This document shows, in pieces, positions 57,105 to 64,000 of a stretch of DNA of 64,000 nt. Within the stretch, counting starts at the first letter, position 1. Every line of letters begins with the position of its first letter. A model generated the notes under the pieces. The model made no database searches and had not been told where the DNA came from. It was given only the letters and a program-made list of their open reading frames with translations. The DNA is from an uncultured Candidatus Saccharibacteria bacterium (GTDB lineage Bacteria > Patescibacteriota > Minisyncoccia > Phycocordibacterales > UBA9973): NCBI GenBank assembly GCA_964496425.1, contig CAZBZO010000001.1, positions 7,265-71,264 of the forward strand. Direction: 5' to 3'. The position numbers and the translations under genes are program-made.

Positions 57105-58106
57105 TTACAATTTCCTCATAAATTTATCTCGCCCACGGGAAAGGAGTGATGGCTTGCCATCTTGATTTTTGGGAACATCATCTAAGACAAATGCTTCAGT
57201 GTCGACTGCATCAACAATTTTTCGCAATTCTGGATCGTTGTTTATTTGCCGTTCAATATCAATGAGTTCATTTTTGTTTTCAAGCACAAGTACCCCTTTT
57301 CCAGAGTACGCACCATATTCATGAAACTTAGCGCCTGAGCCAATATCTCCGCGCAGTGAATCTCCAACAAAAATCAAACGATCGGTCGCAACAGGAATCC
57401 CTCGCGATATAAGATCTTCAATCAAATGTCGAATCGCAATTTCTTTGCCGCCGCCAACCATTGTTTCATCCGTGGCAATATCAATAAAAAGATCTGCCAA
57501 ACCCAAATACTTGGCGAGTTTCTTTACAAAAACATCAGCATTGGCTGTCATACCCACCATGCCAACACCAAGGCGTTTATAATATTCAGCAAGTACAAAA
57601 ATTGGCTCAATTTTGGCTTGCTCGAATTCTTCCGGTTTTGTTTGATAGACGCTATCTGCGATAGCACTCGCAGCCTCTCCATACTGCGCCAAATATTGTG
57701 CGGCGGTTTCATGCGCTTCGTTCCCTGCTTCATCAATTTCTGCGCCATACAATTTTAGGCGTTCGCTGATATACACTTCAGGATCTTTCCATGCTGTATG
57801 ACCATCCACATAAATACCATGCATTCGATCAAACTCTCTGTAAGAATTGCCAAGTTTGAAACCCTTAAAATAGGTCTCGGCAAGCTCGGGATCAGCATCA
57901 GGAAACAATGTGCCAATCGCTTGAGTATGAATAGAGGTCAGATGCGCCAGTGTTTTATCAATATCAAAAAAAGCAATGGCTTTAGTTTTACCATCTTCCG
58001 CTAGGCTGATACGGAGTTCAGCGTGACTGCCATCTACCTTTTCAAGGCGAGATGGGATAGAAATAGAGGATTTTTCTTGGTTGGATGGTAGATCTTCAAA
58101 TGACAT
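57105..58106 (-). CDS. HAD family hydrolase
   Basis: FFDIDKTL motif I and the VGDSLRGD motif. Confidence 0.65.
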   Translation of the reverse strand: MSFEDLPSNQEKSSISIPSRLEKVDGSHAELRISLAEDGKTKAIAFFDIDKTLAHLTSIHTQAIGTLFPDADPELAETYFKGFKLGNSYREFDRMHGIYVDGHTAWKDPEVYISERLKLYGAEIDEAGNEAHETAAQYLAQYGEAASAIADSVYQTKPEEFEQAKIEPIFVLAEYYKRLGVGMVGMTANADVFVKKLAKYLGLADLFIDIATDETMVGGGKEIAIRHLIEDLISRGIPVATDRLIFVGDSLRGDIGSGAKFHEYGAYSGKGVLVLENKNELIDIERQINNDPELRKIVDAVDTEAFVLDDVPKNQDGKPSLLSRGRDKFMRKL

Positions 58107-58134
58107 ATAGGGAGTATAGCAGACACAGAAATCT

Positions 58135-58222
58135 TGGCGGAGGCGGTGAGATTCGAACTCACGGACCGATTAAGGTCGACAGTTTAGTAAACTGTTGATT
58201 TAAACCACTCATCCACGCCTCC
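58135..58222 (-). tRNA. Type II (long variable arm) tRNA-Ser-like with anticodon loop UUACUAA (apparent anticodon ACU), CCA encoded
   Basis: Hand-folded. Acceptor is GGAGGCG/CGCCTCC with discriminator G and an encoded CCA. Anticodon stem is ACAGT/ACTGT. T-arm is GTGAG-TTCGAAT-CTCAC. Its architecture parallels E. coli tRNA-Ser. Confidence 0.65.
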
Positions 58223-58322
58223 AGTCTCGGCAGTCTAACATATAGTATATAAATTTGTAATTACAATCTCAATTTCAAATCTAGCCATAATATGCTAGAT
58301 TGAATCCACGATCGTGAAATTT

Positions 58323-58407
58323 GGAGACGTGTCAGAGTGGTCGAATGTGCCTCCTTGCTAAGGAGGTAGGGCGCAAGCCCTCGAGGGTTCGAATCCCTCC
58401 GTCTCCG
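58323..58407 (+). tRNA. tRNA-Ser (anticodon GCU)
   Basis: Hand-folded. Acceptor is GGAGACG/CGTCTCC. Anticodon stem CCTCC/GGAGG with loop TTGCTAA. It has a long variable arm. T-arm is GAGGG-TTCGAAT-CCCTC. Confidence 0.8.
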
Positions 58408-58514
58408 CATATTCTTAATATTTACACGCGATACATTTTATCTATCTATAGCTGAGGAATAGTACTTTAAAAAACGACTGCCCTATACGATAGGGCAGTC
58501 TTACTAAATACATT

Positions 58515-59093
58515 TTAGGCATATACACCAGTCGCTAACAAACAATCGTTTATAACCCCAGAAACTGATCTGAATTTGACACCCCATTCATTCCAAACCC
58601 AGGTCATTACCTCCTGGTGGGTGATTCCCAAGTTAGCGACATCCAATTTTTGATCTGGAATAAAAATTAAATCACTCCCCTCCACATAATCACGAAAGTC
58701 AGTTACGACTAGTATTTTCCTGTGTTTTTTACAAACAGAATAATAACGCATTTCAATATACTTCTTCCAGGCTTCAATATCAAAATCAAATATATCCATA
58801 TTTAATAAATCTGATTGATAATCAAGAAAAGTAGTACGTGTAGCGTCGATGACATAGGTTGTACCATTACTATTTATCAATCGCCTTATTTTTTCTGGGA
58901 AATAGACAATTTCAAGCTTCAACTTACCTCCGTATAATTTCCTATTTTGAAAATTGGAAAGTAAAAAAGTCACTCCAAGTTGCGGTTTTGGATCGTTTTT
59001 CATAGGACATGAGTTTAGTTTCAAAGTAGTTTCTACCTCTTTATTAAAAAAGTCAATGCGGAGAACCCCTGGTGTTGCTATACTATGAGGCAT
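58515..59093 (-). CDS. Hypothetical protein (AT-rich; likely true start at internal Met 59003)
   Basis: No motif recognised. The ORF-track start codon overlaps the divergent NadM-like start (CATG). Confidence 0.4.
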   Translation of the reverse strand: MPHSIATPGVLRIDFFNKEVETTLKLNSCPMKNDPKPQLGVTFLLSNFQNRKLYGGKLKLEIVYFPEKIRRLINSNGTTYVIDATRTTFLDYQSDLLNMDIFDFDIEAWKKYIEMRYYSVCKKHRKILVVTDFRDYVEGSDLIFIPDQKLDVANLGITHQEVMTWVWNEWGVKFRSVSGVINDCLLATGVYA

Positions 59094-59649
59094 GAATCAT
59101 CCTCAGGCTGGTGTCGTCCACGGCCGCTTTCAGCTTCTGCACTTAGGCCATCTAAAATATATCCTAGCGGCCAAAGCGCGCTGTGACTTTCTCTATATTG
59201 GTATTACCAGCCCCAAGGGACCGTTTACAGAGGAACAGGCCGCGCGCTGGGGCGCGCGGCCAAAGGACAATCCATTCACCTACGACGAACGAAAAGACAT
59301 GATCGAAGCTGCGCTTACTGAAGCAGGGGTAGCCGAAAATGAGTACGCTATTATTCCCTTCCCAAGCGACTACCAAGATATACCAGAGTACCTAACCGGT
59401 GCCACTTTTTTTCTCACTATCTACGACGACCTTGGGCACGAAAAACAAACTACGCTTCAAAGTCGAGGCTTCAACGTCGACGTATTGATGACACTCACGA
59501 AAGAAGAGCGCGGAGAAAGTGGCGGTACTATCCGTGCCAAATTGCGCAAAGATGATCCTTCGTGGGAACAGGCAGTACCTACTTCCGTTGTCCGCTATAT
59601 AGAAACTCACGGGCTCAGGGCGCGACTAAAAAGTGATAGCCGCAAGTAG
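59092..59649 (+). CDS. Nicotinamide/nicotinate mononucleotide adenylyltransferase-like cytidylyltransferase
   Basis: HGRFQLLHLGH is the (H/T)xGH nucleotidyltransferase motif. Confidence 0.75.
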   Translation: MNHPQAGVVHGRFQLLHLGHLKYILAAKARCDFLYIGITSPKGPFTEEQAARWGARPKDNPFTYDERKDMIEAALTEAGVAENEYAIIPFPSDYQDIPEYLTGATFFLTIYDDLGHEKQTTLQSRGFNVDVLMTLTKEERGESGGTIRAKLRKDDPSWEQAVPTSVVRYIETHGLRARLKSDSRK

Positions 59650-60460
59650 TTTCCCCAGCTTTCCAAAATTATTTCTGATATACTTAGTATCATCTATGAC
59701 ACCTGACCAAGAGCTCGCGCACCTCAAAGAAGAAAACTCTCGACTCTACAAACAAAACCAAATAAAAAGTGAGTGGATTTCTATTGCAGCCCACCAGCTT
59801 CGCACTTCGCTTTCAGCTATCAAGTGGATTTTGAAAATGTTTTTAGACAGCGACTTTGGCAAACTGACTGACGAACAAGGAAGCTTCATGCAGAAAGCAT
59901 ATGATTCCAATGAACGCATGCTCGCCTTGGTGCAGGAGATGCTTTCGCTCAATCATACCGAAGATGCGACACTTCATTACGATATCAAACCTAACAATCT
60001 GATACACATCATCGAATCAACCGTCTTTGACTTCACGAGCGAGTCATTTAAGAAAAATATTCAGCTGTTGGTGCTTCCTACCACCAAGACGATCGGGCTT
60101 GTACCATTTGATAAAGAGAAGATCCGCGTTGTGATTCAAAACCTTATTGAAAACGCAATCAAATACAGTAGGCCTGGGGATAAGATCTTTGTGACCGTAA
60201 ACAGTACTGACACGGATGTTGTCGTATCGGTCAAAGATACTGGTATCGGTATCCCGAAAGAGGAGCAGGAGAAAATATTCCAGAAATTTTTCAGAGCAAC
60301 CAATGCAAAATCAAAAGAAGAAATCGGCTCTGGGCTTGGACTCTACACCACCAAGACGATCATCGAACAACATGGCGGCAAACTGTGGTTTGAAAGCACC
60401 GAAGGTGAAGGAACCCAGTTTCACGTCTCACTCCCCTTGCATAGAGAGAAAGGCGTATAG
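59633..60460 (+). CDS. Cytoplasmic sensor histidine kinase
   Basis: H-box AAHQLRTSLSAI, N box, G1 DTGIGI and G2 GSGLGL. The likely start is MTPDQE. Confidence 0.8.
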   Translation: MIAASSFPSFPKLFLIYLVSSMTPDQELAHLKEENSRLYKQNQIKSEWISIAAHQLRTSLSAIKWILKMFLDSDFGKLTDEQGSFMQKAYDSNERMLALVQEMLSLNHTEDATLHYDIKPNNLIHIIESTVFDFTSESFKKNIQLLVLPTTKTIGLVPFDKEKIRVVIQNLIENAIKYSRPGDKIFVTVNSTDTDVVVSVKDTGIGIPKEEQEKIFQKFFRATNAKSKEEIGSGLGLYTTKTIIEQHGGKLWFESTEGEGTQFHVSLPLHREKGV

Positions 60461-60472
60461 TATACTACTCAC

Positions 60473-60847
60473 ATGGCTAAAAAAATTCTTATTGTTGAAG
60501 ATGATAGTTTCCTCCAAGGACTTGCTGCAACCAAGCTCAAAAAAGATGGCATGGAAGTATTGATCGCATCTGATTCTGACGAAGCCAACAAAGTTATGGA
60601 AACTGAAACTCCTGATCTTATCATTCTCGACCTCGTGCTTCCTGGTGTTGACGGATTTGGTATCTTGAAAAACGTTCGCGAAAACCCTAAGTTTGCAAAA
60701 ACTCCAGTCATTATTTTCTCCAACCTCTCAGAAGACAAAGACATCAAGCGCGCTCAAGAGCTCGGTGCCAACGAATTCATGATCAAATCCAACTTCACTC
60801 TCGACGAGCTCTCTACGAAAATCAAAGATATCCTCAAGATTTCATAA
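60473..60847 (+). CDS. Single-domain response regulator (CheY-like receiver)
   Basis: Acidic pocket DD, phospho-acceptor LIILDLVLP, and the conserved K. Confidence 0.85.
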   Translation: MAKKILIVEDDSFLQGLAATKLKKDGMEVLIASDSDEANKVMETETPDLIILDLVLPGVDGFGILKNVRENPKFAKTPVIIFSNLSEDKDIKRAQELGANEFMIKSNFTLDELSTKIKDILKIS

Positions 60848-60943
60848 ACACACTGAAAAATTCCCTCTTCGTTAAGGGGATTTTTTGTTATACTTCGATA
60901 TGTCGCCTGAGGTATTATTATCTAACCTATATATTAAAATTGT

Positions 60944-61456
60944 ATGGATCAAACAAAAAATAAAAACGGTGTATACATCGTTATCGCTCTTATTATTATC
61001 TTGGTGATCGCCTACGCCGTTGCACACAAGAAAAGCAGCGCACCAGTAGTAAGCGACTCTACCAATACTGGAACCACGGTAGACACGACTGACAACTCTG
61101 ATGCCTCTACGGTAACGCCAGCACAGCCAACGACGGGAGTAGACGGAAGTGTCACAGCCACACTCCCTACCATCACTATCCCAAAGACGTATACAGTGAC
61201 CGTCACTGATAGCGGTTATAGCCCCAGCACACTCACGATCAAAGCTGGTGACACCGTGAGCTTTGTAAACAATTCGACTCACACCGTGTGGACAGCGTCT
61301 GATCCTCATCCACAACACACAGCGCTTCCGAGCTTTGATGCACTGAAAGGTTTTGCTATCGGCACAACCTATAGCTACACCTTCACCAAAGTCGGTACTT
61401 GGAGCTACCATGACCACCAACACTCTTCAATGAAAGGTTCAATAGTGGTGCAATAA
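60944..61456 (+). CDS. Membrane-anchored cupredoxin-like domain protein
   Basis: TM helix, Thr-rich linker, then a beta-sandwich-like segment TIKAGDTVSFVNNSTHTVW...HDHQHSSMKGSIVV. Confidence 0.4.
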   Translation: MDQTKNKNGVYIVIALIIILVIAYAVAHKKSSAPVVSDSTNTGTTVDTTDNSDASTVTPAQPTTGVDGSVTATLPTITIPKTYTVTVTDSGYSPSTLTIKAGDTVSFVNNSTHTVWTASDPHPQHTALPSFDALKGFAIGTTYSYTFTKVGTWSYHDHQHSSMKGSIVVQ

Positions 61457-61482
61457 TCCTTTCGCTAAAAATTCAGACAAAA

Positions 61483-61525
61483 AAGAAAGAGGAGCCTTAT
61501 GGGGGTTCCTCTTTGTTTTATCTTT
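61483..61525 (+). terminator. Rho-independent terminator
   Basis: AGAGGAGCC-ttatggg-GGTTCCTCT followed by TTGTTTT. Confidence 0.55.
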
Positions 61526-61536
61526 TATTTATGTAT

Positions 61537-62268
61537 TTATGCTTTAGCAATTGACTTCTGGGAAACCAACCATTTTTTCCCTTTATCTGAAAGACGAAAT
61601 GAGATATCTTCAAGCACGTTATGTTTGAATATCAATTGGAAATCTTTGATTTGCTCCTCCATTTTGCCTGTGGCGACCAATTCTCCATTTTCAACCAAAG
61701 CAACAAGAATTGGTTGATAATTATCAATGGAATATGGCAACACCCATTTGGTTTTTTTAGGAAGAGAATTTTTTAATTTAAGATACTTTACCTTACCAGG
61801 TTGCAAGGTAGTAAAAACTGAGGTTGCCTTTAAAATTAAAGTCTTTGCATAATCGCCTAGTGTAAAAATATCCGCAAAATAATCCCGCTGCTCTTCTAAA
61901 TTTTTAAATTCTTTTTGAAGATACGGGCTATTTGCTATAGCTCTTTCTACCTGGCTCCAAAAATGAAAATTCCTTTTTTCTTTTTCAAGTACATAAATGT
62001 GTCGTGGGGCAAAACCAAGCTGCGGTTTCAATAAAGAAAGATCCTGCCTTGACTCAATCTGGCCATGAATGCTTTGATCAGCGATCGTACAGATCTCGAT
62101 ATGAACTTTAGCCATACTTGGATTTTTCACTTCATTGCGAAGCACATCCATTTGCTTTGGAGTAAACATGTTTTCTAACATAGCGAGTTGGGTTTGTTTT
62201 ATGTGAATGAATTTTTTTGTCCCGTCTATCGTATCAGGCCTGGAAAATAATGCAATAGGTATACGCAT
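61537..62268 (-). CDS. Hypothetical protein
   Basis: 243 aa with no recognisable motif. Confidence 0.45.
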   Translation of the reverse strand: MRIPIALFSRPDTIDGTKKFIHIKQTQLAMLENMFTPKQMDVLRNEVKNPSMAKVHIEICTIADQSIHGQIESRQDLSLLKPQLGFAPRHIYVLEKEKRNFHFWSQVERAIANSPYLQKEFKNLEEQRDYFADIFTLGDYAKTLILKATSVFTTLQPGKVKYLKLKNSLPKKTKWVLPYSIDNYQPILVALVENGELVATGKMEEQIKDFQLIFKHNVLEDISFRLSDKGKKWLVSQKSIAKA

Positions 62269-62291
62269 GGTTTCTGGGGTAAAATATCCTC

Positions 62292-64000
62292 ATGCAACTC
62301 TCAGATCCCTTAAGCTCTCACTTCCGCCTCGACGAGCGCCAAAAGGCCGGCCTCAAAAAGCTCGGGCTTCTCTCCGTACGCGACCTCCTCTTTTACTTCC
62401 CCACCCGCTACACCGACATGAGCATCATTAAGCGAGTCGCTGATCTTATACCCGGCGAGACTGCCACACTCTACGGCATCATCAACAATCCCAAAACCAA
62501 GAAAACATTCAAAAGCAGAACGCCGATGGCGGAAGCTACATTCTCCGACGAGACGGGATCGCTCAAAGTCATGTGGTTTCATCAAGCCTACATTGCCAAA
62601 ATGCTTCAAGGCGGAGAAAAAGTCATCCTCACCGGTAAAGTCATGGAAGGCAAACAAGGACTTTATTTTTCCAATCCTGAATTTGAAAAAATCGACATGC
62701 TACCGATCGACAGCCATGATTCGCTCTTCAAAAAAGAAAACGCTACATCCGGCATGTTTGGCTATCCGATCTATCCTGAAACCCGCGCTATTACCTCAAA
62801 GTGGATCTACCACGCTATTGATCGGATTTTCAAAAGTGGCGTCCTCGACACTATCGAAGACTATATTCCGGAAATTATTATTAAAAAATATTTCTTGCCG
62901 ACGCTCCGCACGGCGCTCATCTTCATTCACATGCCTCAAAAAGCAAGCGACGCGGAAGCCGCTCGCAAACGATTTGCCTTTGAAGAAGTGTTTTTGATTC
63001 AGCTTGCGAAACAGCAAGATCGTCATCAGTTCAAAGAAAAAAATTCATTCACCATCACTGTCGACAATACCGACATACAAGACTTCGTCGATCGATTTCC
63101 TTTCCACCACACTGGTGCTCAAACAAAAGCTATCACGACAATTCTTGAAGATTTTCAAAAGCCACATCCAATGGCGCGACTTTTAGAAGGCGACGTCGGC
63201 TCGGGAAAAACTGCCGTGGCTGCAACAGTAAGCTATGCCATCATCAAAAACCGTCCGCCGAAGACAAGCAAAGAACAGCATGCTTTCGGCAATCTCCAAG
63301 TCGCCTACATGGCACCGACTGAAATATTAGCCACTCAACTCTTTGAAAACTTTATTACCTACTTCAAACACACTGGCATCAATATCGGCCTTATCACCGG
63401 CTCTGGCTGCCGGAAATTTCCTTCCAAAGTCGCCGCCAGTGCCCTTTCGGGTGGTTGGACGAGCATCTCTCGCCCACAGCTTTTGAAATGGGTAGCGAAT
63501 GGCGAAATACCGATCTTGGTTGGTACGCATGCCTTGATACAAAAAAGCGTGAAGTTTAAAGACCTTGCTCTCGTCATCATCGACGAACAACACCGTTTCG
63601 GCACCATGCAACGCTCCAAGCTTGCTCGCAAAGAAGGCTTCGCTCCACACTTGCTTTCCATGACTGCCACACCAATCCCTCGCACACTCGCACTCACGAT
63701 TTACGGTGATCTTGATCTTACGCTTCTGGATGAAATGCCTGCTGGTCGCAAGGAAGTGATGACTGCAATCGTTCCGGCGGAGAAGCGCGAGGAAGCATAC
63801 GCGGAAATAAAAAAAGAACTAGCTGCTGGCCGGCAGCTTTATATTATTTGTCCAAGAATTAATGAACCCGATCCAACACAAGAGCTTGCCCTTCAAGCCC
63901 GCTCGGTAACAGAGGAAGCAAAACGCTTAAAGAAAGATGTTTTTCAGGAATACGAAATAGATATTCTGCACTCCAAAATGACCAAAGAAAAAAAGGAAGC
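62292..64000 (+). CDS. recG: ATP-dependent DNA helicase RecG (N-terminal ~570 aa; runs off window end)
   Basis: Manual translation from ATG 62292 gives a wedge-domain region. Helicase motif I GDVGSGKT, motif II DEQHRFG, and TATPIPRT follow. It is absent from the ORF track because no stop codon lies inside the window. Confidence 0.9.
   Translation, partial: MQLSDPLSSHFRLDERQKAGLKKLGLLSVRDLLFYFPTRYTDMSIIKRVADLIPGETATLYGIINNPKTKKTFKSRTPMAEATFSDETGSLKVMWFHQAYIAKMLQGGEKVILTGKVMEGKQGLYFSNPEFEKIDMLPIDSHDSLFKKENATSGMFGYPIYPETRAITSKWIYHAIDRIFKSGVLDTIEDYIPEIIIKKYFLPTLRTALIFIHMPQKASDAEAARKRFAFEEVFLIQLAKQQDRHQFKEKNSFTITVDNTDIQDFVDRFPFHHTGAQTKAITTILEDFQKPHPMARLLEGDVGSGKTAVAATVSYAIIKNRPPKTSKEQHAFGNLQVAYMAPTEILATQLFENFITYFKHTGINIGLITGSGCRKFPSKVAASALSGGWTSISRPQLLKWVANGEIPILVGTHALIQKSVKFKDLALVIIDEQHRFGTMQRSKLARKEGFAPHLLSMTATPIPRTLALTIYGDLDLTLLDEMPAGRKEVMTAIVPAEKREEAYAEIKKELAAGRQLYIICPRINEPDPTQELALQARSVTEEAKRLKKDVFQEYEIDILHSKMTKEKKE

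Noticed and set aside
62310-63697. Several minus-strand ORFs (62310-62657, 62796-63026, 63327-63650, 63359-63697)
   Set aside because: All lie antisense to recG, whose plus-strand translation shows helicase motifs I and II. They are shadow ORFs.
1-64000. CRISPR arrays, rRNA genes, integrase/transposase genes
   Set aside because: No regularly spaced direct repeats, no rRNA-like conserved blocks, and no recombinase motifs were seen in any translated frame.

Overview
This 64-kb window looks like a low-GC, gene-dense bacterial chromosome segment. Small proteins, a full type IV pilus locus and many minus-strand tRNAs suggest a Patescibacteria/CPR-like organism (inference). UGA is used as a stop codon and an RF2 gene is present, so the genetic code appears standard.

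Layout of the window:
- 1–11.2 kb: housekeeping and DNA-repair genes. These include pepN, riboflavin kinase, an AlkD-like glycosylase, rarA, an aminotransferase, a GIY-YIG nuclease, an ATL-like MGMT paralog, ogt, and an M23 peptidase.
- 12–21.2 kb: a run of small stress and detoxification genes. These include two DinB_2 paralogs, DUF1801 paralogs, DUF1059, DUF2200, a VOC protein, TspO, a VIT transporter, a deaminase, and a secreted peptidoglycan-binding acidic-repeat protein. A dispersed family of palindromic repeats is scattered between these genes.
- 22.6–24.0 kb: an AT-rich two-gene block next to tRNA-Gln. It is flanked by partial tRNA duplications and GC-rich palindromes.
- 25.5–29.6 kb: rubredoxin, a two-component system, and an ApbE / ferric-reductase-like / FNR-like trio.
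- 29.7–30.1 kb: an ORF-free structured region.
- 30.2–41.7 kb: a LOG family protein, pyrG, ftsEX, prfB, a tRNA array (Thr, Thr, fMet, Asp, Met), gatCA and ligA.
- 41.7–54.5 kb: a complete type IV pilus locus. It holds minor pilins, pilD, three pilin paralogs with identical 5' ends, pilC, pilT, pilB and pilMNO. It is followed by comFC.
- 54.6–64 kb: an ATP-grasp protein, HAD hydrolases, two tRNA-Ser genes, a NadM-like protein, a histidine-kinase / response-regulator pair, a cupredoxin-like protein and the start of recG.

No rRNA, CRISPR array, integrase or transposase was recognised.
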